From assembly GCA_035700945.1 (NCBI GenBank), contig DASSOE010000111.1, positions 16,603-80,602 on the forward strand: a stretch of 64,000 nt of DNA. Direction: 5' to 3'. This document shows, piece by piece, positions 56,822 through 64,000 of the stretch (within the stretch, counting starts at the first letter, position 1; each line of letters opens with the position of its first letter). The notes below the pieces were generated by a model that saw nothing but the letters and a program-made list of their open reading frames with translations, was not told the origin of the DNA and ran no database searches. The translations under genes and the position numbers were made by a program. This DNA is from Sphingomicrobium sp. (GTDB lineage: Bacteria; Pseudomonadota; Alphaproteobacteria; Sphingomonadales; Sphingomonadaceae).

Positions 56822-56904
56822 CGTCATCCCGGAGTTGATCCGGGACCCGCCGCTTCTTCTGCGGCCGTCAGACAGGCAGACCCCGGCTCAAGGCCGGGGT
56901 GACG
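56822..56904. repeat. REP/BIME-like element, second copy of the 3348-3431 type
   Basis: Ends CGTCATCCCGG / CCGGGGTGACG; minus-strand arm CGTCACCCCGGCCTTGAGCCGGG nearly identical to the first copy. Confidence 0.8.
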
Positions 56905-57391
56905 GCTGAGCCACCTTCACCGACGGGAAAATTTCCGCCAGCTGCCTCAGGCTGTCCTCGGCATTCTTGTGGTGCACGAAGATCACGCCCGCTGTTTCGT
57001 ACGCGGCGCGGTGGTTTTCCCGGTCGTCGACCAGCACGTCGCCGGCATGCATGTGCTTGTGCTTGTCGCGCGCCATGCAGGTGATGATCGGAACTCCGGG
57101 GAAATGCTCAGCCGCCCACTCGACCTTCTGCGGCGCGGCCCATTTGCCGAGCGGAAGCCCGGTGAGGATCGTCGGATCGAGGTGTTTCACCGAGTCGAAC
57201 AGCACCCGGGCGTCCGGCATTTCCGGCAGCGTGCCGTAGAAGTTCTTCGCCTGCGCCAGCCGCTTCCAGAAGGCGCCGCGGCCGTGCTTCCGCTCATATT
57301 CGCGCGGACTCATGCCGAGCAGCCGCCGCACACCCTCATCGAAATCGGCAAGCACCCCATCCGCGTCGAGGAACAGGCGTGGCTCGGGCAT
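56888..57391 (-). CDS. HAD-superfamily phosphatase, NT5C / 5'(3')-deoxyribonucleotidase-like
   Basis: Motif I FLDADGV, motif II ILTG, Lys in QKVEW, motif IV LVDD; start trimmed to MPEPRL. Confidence 0.8.
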   Translation of the reverse strand: MPEPRLFLDADGVLADFDEGVRRLLGMSPREYERKHGRGAFWKRLAQAKNFYGTLPEMPDARVLFDSVKHLDPTILTGLPLGKWAAPQKVEWAAEHFPGVPIITCMARDKHKHMHAGDVLVDDRENHRAAYETAGVIFVHHKNAEDSLRQLAEIFPSVKVAQPSPRP

Positions 57392-57771
57392 CAGAAGCGC
57401 GCGGGCTCCAGTTCGACAGGGATCGGCGCTTCGATGAACTCCCACCCCTGGTCGCGAAGCACGTCGTTGCTCTCCCGGGCCCGGCGGCCGGGCCCGAGCG
57501 ACCACGTGATGTGATAGGTCGATCCGTCCGGCCGGCCGGTGGTGCCGTCGAGCTCGACGACGAGGCATTCGAGGCTCTCGCCATCGTCGGCGCGCCCGAC
57601 GATCTTCGCGCTCTCCGGCTCGTTTGGCAGCGGCGTGTCAGGCGCCGCGCCAACCCGCAGGGTGACGTGATCGGCCACGACATTCTCATATTTCGGCGGG
57701 AAGCGCCGGAGCAGCAGCTCGCGCTCGGTCTCCGGCAGCTTCCAGCCGGTTACGGTTCCAGGTTTGGCCAT
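57391..57771 (-). CDS. minimal 2H phosphoesterase-like protein
   Basis: Two H-x-T motifs, DHVTL and YHITWS; TGA overlaps the HAD ATG (TGATG). Confidence 0.65.
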   Translation of the reverse strand: MAKPGTVTGWKLPETERELLLRRFPPKYENVVADHVTLRVGAAPDTPLPNEPESAKIVGRADDGESLECLVVELDGTTGRPDGSTYHITWSLGPGRRARESNDVLRDQGWEFIEAPIPVELEPARF

Positions 57772-57796
57772 GTTCGCCCGACGCGGCAGCGGGCAA

Positions 57797-59194
57797 TCAG
57801 TTCCGCGCGGCCAGCCGCTCCACCAGCTCGCGCGCCAAGTCGATCAACGTGTCGTCGCGCGCACCCATGATCAGAATGCGGTCGCCGGTCTTCGCTTCCT
57901 CGACAATGGCGTCGCCGACCATCGCCCGTTCGGCAATGTGGACCGCGTCGCACCCGCGCTCCTTCACCTGCTCCGCCAGCCAGTCGCTGCCGCGGGTGCG
58001 CTCCACCGTTCCCCCCTGGTAGACCGGGTCCGGAAGATAGAGGCGGTCGCCCGCCGCCATGCCGGCCGCGAACGCGTCCGCGAGCTGGTCGCCCATCTTC
58101 GTCAGCGGGCCGAAGCCGTGCGGCTGGAACATGATCAGCAGCCTTCCCGGGTGCGCGCGCAGAGTCGCCAGCGTGGCGGCGATCTTGTCGGGGTTGTGCG
58201 CGAAATCGTCGATGACTCTGACGCCCCCCGCTTCGCCCACCGTCTCGAGCCTGCGCCGGAGCCCCTCGAAGCGCCCCATCGCGGAAGCAGAATCCTCGAC
58301 CGCCACGCCGACCGCGCGCGCCGCGGCGATCGCCGCAAGCGCGTTCGAGGCATTGTGCCGGCCCGGCACCGGAAGCTTCACCTCGTGGCGCTCGCCCTCG
58401 GCCTCGACGGCGAAGCTCACCCCGTCGGCCTCGAGCCGAAGTCCCTTGCCCATGAAATCCGCGCCCGGGCTGTCGAAGCCGTAGCCGATCACCTTGTCGC
58501 CCGGCACCGTCGCCGACAGCGCCCGCGTTTCGGGATCGTCGAGGTTGAGCACCGCCTTGCGCGATGCGTTGAGGAAGTGGGCGAACAGCTGCCGAAGCTC
58601 GTCCATCTCCTTGTGGTCGAGGCTGATGTTGGTCAGCACCGCGATCTCGGGCCGGTAGAGCGCGATCGAGCCGTCGCTCTCGTCGACCTCGCTGACGAAC
58701 AGTTCGGGATCGCCGACGAGCGCGCTCGCGAACGGCGCGGACGGGGTCACGAAATTCTTCATCACCGCGCCGTTCATCACCGTCGGCTGGCGATGGCAGG
58801 CGTGGAGGATCCAGCCGATCATGCCGGTCACCGTCGACTTGCCGCTGGTGCCGCCGACGGCGATGCTGCGCTGGGCGCCGTTGAGCAGCTTGGCCAGGAA
58901 TTGGGGCCGGGTGAGATGCGTCAGCCTGAGCTCGCGCGCCCGGACGACGTCGGGGACCGTGTCTTCGACCGCCGCCGAGGTGACGAGCGTCATGCCCTCC
59001 TGAAGCCCGGAGCCGTCCTGCGGGAACAGCTGGATCCCGAGCGAGCGCAGGTAATCGAACTTGTGCGGCGTCCGCCCCGCATCGAGCGAACGGTCGGAGC
59101 CCGCGACCTTCGCGCCGGACGCGCGGACGATGCTCGCCAGCGGAAGCATCCCGCTGCCGCCGATGCCGCTGAAGAAAACCGGAGAATCGATCAT
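57797..59194 (-). CDS. MurC/Mpl-like Mur ligase
   Basis: GIGGSGM, GTSGKSTV, EVDESDG, NISLDH, DDFAHNP; not in a dcw cluster. Confidence 0.8.
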   Translation of the reverse strand: MIDSPVFFSGIGGSGMLPLASIVRASGAKVAGSDRSLDAGRTPHKFDYLRSLGIQLFPQDGSGLQEGMTLVTSAAVEDTVPDVVRARELRLTHLTRPQFLAKLLNGAQRSIAVGGTSGKSTVTGMIGWILHACHRQPTVMNGAVMKNFVTPSAPFASALVGDPELFVSEVDESDGSIALYRPEIAVLTNISLDHKEMDELRQLFAHFLNASRKAVLNLDDPETRALSATVPGDKVIGYGFDSPGADFMGKGLRLEADGVSFAVEAEGERHEVKLPVPGRHNASNALAAIAAARAVGVAVEDSASAMGRFEGLRRRLETVGEAGGVRVIDDFAHNPDKIAATLATLRAHPGRLLIMFQPHGFGPLTKMGDQLADAFAAGMAAGDRLYLPDPVYQGGTVERTRGSDWLAEQVKERGCDAVHIAERAMVGDAIVEEAKTGDRILIMGARDDTLIDLARELVERLAARN

Positions 59195-59237
59195 GGCCGC
59201 GCCCTATTGGCGACTGCCCGCCTTGGCTAGTCCGCCT

Positions 59238-59795
59238 TCAGCAGCCGAACGCGCCGTCGAGCTCGATTTGCGCCAGCTTCGGCGGCATCGCCAATGCGAC
59301 GAAACGCGCCGAATAGAAGGGGCTGTAGTCGCAGCCGAAATCCGCGGCGTAGTCATCGACCGTGATGGTGATGTGCCCGCGGACGTCGGCAAGTCTACCC
59401 GAAAGCAGCGCAGCCTTTTGCCGCCGCCCGATAACGGAAGAGGTGAGCCGAGCTGCCCCGTCGATGTAGACGGCCATGCGGTCGCCGCGTTCTTGCCAGT
59501 GCGGCAGCCGTTCCGCCAGTGCCTGGTCCGGCACCAGCTCAAGCGAGAGCTCATTCTCGCTGACCGGCCCTTCGCAATCATGTTCGCAGCCGTAGGTGAA
59601 GGCGCCGCTCAGCTCGAAGCGGCCGCTGAAATGCGCCGCGCCATCCTTGTCGAACCCTGTGAATCGAACGGGGCTGTCGCTCGGAACGACGAGCGCAGGT
59701 CCTCCGCCCGGATGCGGGATCACCCTGGGAGCGGGCGCGGCGCCCAGCAAAGTGAATGCCAGCAGCGCAGTGGCGGTTCGATAGTGGCCGATCAC
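59238..59795 (-). CDS. hypothetical secreted protein with four Cys
   Basis: GTG start overlapping the deacylase stop; signal peptide; ends in GC; trimmed from the 436-aa ORF. Confidence 0.55.
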   Translation of the reverse strand: MIGHYRTATALLAFTLLGAAPAPRVIPHPGGGPALVVPSDSPVRFTGFDKDGAAHFSGRFELSGAFTYGCEHDCEGPVSENELSLELVPDQALAERLPHWQERGDRMAVYIDGAARLTSSVIGRRQKAALLSGRLADVRGHITITVDDYAADFGCDYSPFYSARFVALAMPPKLAQIELDGAFGC

Positions 59796-61498
59796 GCCTT
59801 GCACGCCCCGCCGCCCGGCCATCCGCTCCAGCCCGGGCCGCGAACGAAGCGGCCCGGCGTCGCGCCGGTGTGCTTGCCGTCCTTGAGCACCTGCACGCCG
59901 TTGATGAACACTTGGCTGACCCCGCTCGCGAGCTGCTGCGGCTTTTCGTAGGTGGCGTTGTCGCGGATCGTGGCGGGGTCGAATACCACCACGTCCGCAT
60001 AAAATCCGGGCTTGAGCGAGCCGCGCTGCTTGAGCGCGAGGTTGGTCGCGGGGAGGGAGGTCAGCCGGCGGATCGCGTCCTGCAGCGTCGTCGCGCGCTC
60101 GTCGCGCACGTAATGGCCGAGCAGCCGCGCGACATTGCCGTACGCGCGCGGGTGCGTGCTCGACTTCAGGAACACCCCCTCGGGCCCCTGGCTGCCGGCG
60201 TCGGAGCCGAAGCTCATCCACGGCAGGCCGACCTCGCGCTTCACGTTCTCCGGGTCCATCGAGAAATAGACCAGCTGGATGCGGGTGCCGTCGGCGACGA
60301 TGAGGTCGGCGGCGACTTCGCCGGGCGGCTTGCCGCGGGCGCGCGCCACCTCGCCGAGTGTCTTGCCCGTCAGCGGCTTGAGCTTCGCGGTCTTGAAGCC
60401 GACCAGGAGCACCTTGTCGGGATCGTCGACGACCAGCTTGGCGTTCTCCGTGCCCTTCGGCCCCTTCATTTCGGCGATCGCCTTCGCACGAAGGGCAGGG
60501 TCCTTGAGGCGCTTCACCCAGGCCTCCAGGCCGCCGTCCTGCATCCACGACGGGAACGCGGCGTCGAAGCCCGTCGAGCTCGCGGCATAGGTGTACATGT
60601 CCGCGGTGATCCTGAGCCCGGACGCGCGCGCCTCGTTCACCCGCGCGATCGCCGCGTCGATCTTGCCCCAGTTTGCCTTGCCCGCCTGCTTGTAATGGTA
60701 GATTTCCGCCGGCGCGCCCGATTCGCGCGAAATGGCGATCAGCTCGTCGATCGCCTCGAGCAGCTTCGGCCCCTCGTCGCGGATGTGGCTGATGTACATG
60801 CCGCCGCAGCGCGCCGCCTCGTGCGCGAGCGCGACCAGCTCGGGCGTTTCCGCATAGGTCGCCGGCGCGTAGATCATCGACGAGCCGACGCCGACTGCGC
60901 CTTCCTTCATCGCCTGCCGAACCAGCGCGCGCATCCGGGTCAGCTGCGCCGGCGTCGGGTCCACGTCCTTCTCGCCGAGCTCATGGGCGCGCACCGTCGT
61001 GGCACCGACGAACGAGGTAACGTTCGGCGTGATGCCCTTCTTCGTCAGCCATTCGAGATATTCGCCGAGCGTGGTCCATTTGATCGGATAGCGGATGTCC
61101 GCCTGGCGCTTGAGCTCGAGCTTTTTCATTGCGGGGTTCCACGGACCCATCGAATTGCCTTCGCCCATCACCTCGAGCGTGACGCCCTGGTAGGTGTCGC
61201 TCATCCCGCGCGGATCGGCGATCAAATCCTCGTTCGCCCAGCTCAGCATATTGATGAAGCCAGGAGAGACTGCCTTGCCCCGCGCATTGATCGTCCGCAC
61301 GGCGCGGCCGGGCGCATGCGGACCGACGAAGACGATCTTGTCGCCTTTCACCGCGACGTCGCCGACATAAGGCGCGCCGCCCGAGCCGTCATAGATCGTC
61401 CCGCCGCTGATCAGCACGCTGTAGCTCGCCGGCAGCGGCGCCGCCGAGGTCACGAAAAGCCCGGCAACCGCCAGGCCGAGCGCAATCCTTCTGTTCAT
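59792..61498 (-). CDS. secreted N-acyl-D-amino-acid deacylase family amidohydrolase
   Basis: Signal peptide; PGFIN, SHIRDE, IYHYK, FGSDAG, HPRAYGN, LKPGFYADVVVFDP. Confidence 0.85.
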   Translation of the reverse strand: MNRRIALGLAVAGLFVTSAAPLPASYSVLISGGTIYDGSGGAPYVGDVAVKGDKIVFVGPHAPGRAVRTINARGKAVSPGFINMLSWANEDLIADPRGMSDTYQGVTLEVMGEGNSMGPWNPAMKKLELKRQADIRYPIKWTTLGEYLEWLTKKGITPNVTSFVGATTVRAHELGEKDVDPTPAQLTRMRALVRQAMKEGAVGVGSSMIYAPATYAETPELVALAHEAARCGGMYISHIRDEGPKLLEAIDELIAISRESGAPAEIYHYKQAGKANWGKIDAAIARVNEARASGLRITADMYTYAASSTGFDAAFPSWMQDGGLEAWVKRLKDPALRAKAIAEMKGPKGTENAKLVVDDPDKVLLVGFKTAKLKPLTGKTLGEVARARGKPPGEVAADLIVADGTRIQLVYFSMDPENVKREVGLPWMSFGSDAGSQGPEGVFLKSSTHPRAYGNVARLLGHYVRDERATTLQDAIRRLTSLPATNLALKQRGSLKPGFYADVVVFDPATIRDNATYEKPQQLASGVSQVFINGVQVLKDGKHTGATPGRFVRGPGWSGWPGGGACKA

Positions 61499-61568
61499 CG
61501 CTTTCCCCCAAATCGCAGGGGTAAGCTGCACCATCGGGCCCGGAGGCGCTACCCGGAAGGCCGTCGGT

Positions 61569-62087
61569 TCAGTTCGCCGGCTTCTCCGAATGGTCGAGCG
61601 TCAGCGGCGCGTCGAAGGCGAGGCCGACAAGGCCGTCCTCGGCCCATTTGACGACGGCCGGAACGACGATGCCGCCTTCGAAGCGGACGTGGACCCTGGC
61701 GCCGGGCGGGAGGTCGGCGACATTGTCGCCCATCGCCCCGCCTTCGGAGATGTTATGGAGCGCAAAGCTGCTCGGCGAGCCGTCGATCAGCAATTGCAGC
61801 TTGCGGTCCTTGGCAGCGACCCGCGGGTGTCGGCGCTGGTCGGCGGAGCGGACTGCCGGGCGCCGCCGCACCGGTGCTACCGTCTCGTCGTGCCGGGCCT
61901 CGGCGAGCGGGATTGCGGTGCCGCAGAAGCCGCACTCGGCGCTCACCCGGCCGATGTACCAGTGCGAACGGCCGCAGCCCGGGCAGTGGTTCGACGAGTT
62001 CGCGCGATAGACGATATGATGGCCGCGCTGCGCGAGCCCCGCCGCGAACGAGGCTGGCGCCCGCTCATAGACCAGGACGTCCGACAT
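61569..62087 (-). CDS. Zn-ribbon - PilZ fusion protein
   Basis: CPGC...CGFC N-terminal ribbon; PilZ RRHPR and NISEGG; start trimmed to MSDVLVY. Confidence 0.75.
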   Translation of the reverse strand: MSDVLVYERAPASFAAGLAQRGHHIVYRANSSNHCPGCGRSHWYIGRVSAECGFCGTAIPLAEARHDETVAPVRRRPAVRSADQRRHPRVAAKDRKLQLLIDGSPSSFALHNISEGGAMGDNVADLPPGARVHVRFEGGIVVPAVVKWAEDGLVGLAFDAPLTLDHSEKPAN

Positions 62088-62169
62088 TGATCCGCTCCCG
62101 TTGATTGAGCCTCCGCGAGGGTAAGCGGCAGTGCTTGCGAAGTGATTACCGAGCGGGTCTAAAGCGCCG

Positions 62170-62982
62170 ATGCGCATCGCCGTCGTCGCTCCCAGTTGCC
62201 CGCTCAAGGCCGAGGCCGCCGAGCGTGTGCAGGCCCTGGTCGCCGGACGCGGCGACTGCGAGCTTGTCATCCATCCCCAATGCTTTTTGTCCGACGGGCA
62301 TTTCGCGGGGCCGGACGAGGCGCGGCTCGCGGCGCTCAGCGAGGTGATGGCCGACCCCGCCGTCGACGCGGTCTGGTTCGCACGCGGCGGCTACGGCTCC
62401 AATCGCATCGTCGAGGCGGCGCTTGCCGATGTGGCTGACGCCGCGCGCGGCAAGACCTACATGGGCTACAGCGACGCGGGCTTCCTCCTGGCCGGCTTCT
62501 GCAAGGCGGGACTGGAGGTCGCGTGGGGACCGATGCCGCAGGACGTGCTGCGCAGCGGCGGCGAGGCGGCCGTGGCGCGCGCGCTCGACTGGCTGGTCCG
62601 GCGCGATGCTGCCGCGCTGGAGCCCGCGCTCGAAGCGCCGGCGATGGCGTTCAACCTGACCGTGCTGTCAACCCTCCTCGGGACTGCGCTGGAGCCGGAC
62701 TTCACGGGCGCCGACCTGTTGATCGAGGAGGTCAGCGAGCAGCTCTACCGGATCGACCGCACGATGTTCCATGTGACCGCGAGCGAGAACGTCCGCCGGG
62801 TCCGCAGACTCCGTCTTGGCCGCGTCTCCGATGTGCTTGAAAACGACCCCGCTTTCGGGAGCGACGAAGCGGCGATCGTCGAGCATTGGTGCGCGCGCTC
62901 CGGCATCCCCTTCGGCGGCCGCGCCGACATCGGTCACGACGCCCGGAATCGCGTCGTTCCGTTCGGCACGGGAAATCGCTGA
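62170..62982 (+). CDS. ldcA: LD-carboxypeptidase (peptidase S66)
   Basis: ARGGYG, GYSDA (Ser), LIEEV (Glu), IGHD (His). Confidence 0.85.
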   Translation: MRIAVVAPSCPLKAEAAERVQALVAGRGDCELVIHPQCFLSDGHFAGPDEARLAALSEVMADPAVDAVWFARGGYGSNRIVEAALADVADAARGKTYMGYSDAGFLLAGFCKAGLEVAWGPMPQDVLRSGGEAAVARALDWLVRRDAAALEPALEAPAMAFNLTVLSTLLGTALEPDFTGADLLIEEVSEQLYRIDRTMFHVTASENVRRVRRLRLGRVSDVLENDPAFGSDEAAIVEHWCARSGIPFGGRADIGHDARNRVVPFGTGNR

Positions 62983-63055
62983 TTTCCCCTCTGCAACGGC
63001 ATTGCAAAGAGCCGCGCTTTGCGCTCTACCAAGAGAGGAACAACAGGAGGGCCTG

Positions 63056-63325
63056 ATGGCACAAGGTACTGGTCGTAAAGCGGGGGGCGGGCTGGCCCGT
63101 CCGGTTCAACCTTCAGCGGATCTCGCTGCAATCACGGGCAGCGCCCCGCTTCCGCGCAGCCAAGTGGTTTCCAAGATCTGGGACCACATCCGCAAGAATA
63201 ACCTGCAAAATCCTCAAAACAAACGGGAAATCGTGGCTGATGACAAGCTGAAGAAGGTCTTCGGGGGCAAGGACCGGGTCAGCATGTTCGAGATGAACAA
63301 GCATCTGTCGAACCACCTGAAGTAG
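63056..63325 (+). CDS. stand-alone SWIB/MDM2 domain protein
   Basis: PSADLAAITG, RSQVVSKIWDHIRKNNLQNP, SMFEMNKHLSNHL; AGGAGG RBS. Confidence 0.88.
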   Translation: MAQGTGRKAGGGLARPVQPSADLAAITGSAPLPRSQVVSKIWDHIRKNNLQNPQNKREIVADDKLKKVFGGKDRVSMFEMNKHLSNHLK

Positions 63326-63348
63326 GCTCGGACCTTCGGGGGATCAGG

Positions 63349-63378
63349 AGGGGATCCGCTCCGGCGGGTCCCCTTTTT
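63349..63378 (+). terminator. Rho-independent terminator
   Basis: AGGGGATCCGC-TCCG-GCGGGTCCCCT then TTTT. Confidence 0.75.
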
Positions 63379-63410
63379 CGTATGTGGCGGCGCGACTCGG
63401 TAGAGAGGAA

Positions 63411-64000
63411 TCAGCCGCGCCACAGGCCGTCGAGCCTCTCCTGAGTCACCGGGAAGCCGAGATCGGCCGGGATGGTGATGAATTTCTCGCCATCGCGCTC
63501 CTCGACCCAGGGTGTCACCGGCTCGATCCTGTGCGCGAGCGCGTCGGACCGGATCGCCTCGAAGCTGGCGTGCAGCGCCAGCCGTTCGAGCGTACGGCGG
63601 GTCGGGAAGATCAGCCGCGCCTCGCCACGCCGCTCGAGCTCGAGCACGTCCGCGGCCGTCATCCATGCCGCGCCCGCACATTCGCCTTCGATGACCTGCG
63701 GGCGCCATTCGCCGGCCGGACAGCGCGCGACGAAGAACAAAGTGTCGAAGCGGCGCACGGCGTGGAACTGGGGGACCCAGCGTGCAAACGGCGTGAGGGA
63801 GGCAGCGTCGATGGAAAGTGAGCCGGCGCTCAGCAGCCCGCCGAAAGGCTCGTCGGCGATCAGCGCGCGCTGAAGCTTGGCCGCGGTTGTCCCGGAGGGG
63901 ACGGGTGCAAGGCCGACCGGGATCGCTGTCTCCTCGATGGTTTCGCGCACGGCAGCGACGGCAGTCGCATCGGTCCCGAACTCGCGCGCCAGCGCGCGAT
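63411..64000 (-). CDS. Nudix hydrolase (NUDT19-like), 5' end outside the window
   Basis: VRETIEETAI, FARWVP, RRFDTLFF, LIFPT. Confidence 0.75.
   Translation of the reverse strand, partial: RALAREFGTDATAVAAVRETIEETAIPVGLAPVPSGTTAAKLQRALIADEPFGGLLSAGSLSIDAASLTPFARWVPQFHAVRRFDTLFFVARCPAGEWRPQVIEGECAGAAWMTAADVLELERRGEARLIFPTRRTLERLALHASFEAIRSDALAHRIEPVTPWVEERDGEKFITIPADLGFPVTQERLDGLWRG

Noticed and set aside
59238-60548. Apparent 436-aa ORF
   Set aside because: The upstream part overlaps the deacylase out of frame; only 59795-59238 has a plausible start and signal peptide
1-64000. CRISPR array, IS element, prophage or rRNA
   Set aside because: No regularly spaced repeats, transposase, phage structural genes or rRNA-like sequence seen

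Overview
High-GC alphaproteobacterial chromosome segment, most consistent with Sphingomonadaceae/Sphingomonas by gene content and synteny (inference). It is mostly core genome: rppH, korAB, cfa-like, purF, msrA, acyl-CoA dehydrogenase, L,D-transpeptidase, cysK, radA, cvpA, cysS, kefB, aroK, xerD, accA, comF, grxC, tRNA-Arg(CCU), folE, a Mur-family ligase and ldcA. Single accessory genes or small modules are interleaved. I found no prophage, IS transposase, CRISPR array or rRNA. The best candidates for poorly described biology are: (1) a translationally coupled minimal 2H-phosphoesterase plus HAD/NT5C-like phosphatase pair at 56888-57771, a possible RNA-end-healing or cyclic-nucleotide-degrading module; (2) a TIR-TM-helical-repeat protein with Toll-receptor-like topology, divergent from radA; (3) a Zn-ribbon-PilZ fusion with an intact c-di-GMP-binding motif; (4) an Mpl-like ligase / variant D-aminoacylase / LdcA cluster; (5) a DUF4142-cupredoxin-ECF sigma operon with no anti-sigma and a candidate autoregulated promoter; (6) a candidate sRNA divergent from tRNA-Arg; (7) small membrane ORFs missed by the ORF track and two genes that appear to need non-canonical starts (ATA, CTG). 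All family assignments come from motif recognition by eye; no database searches were run.
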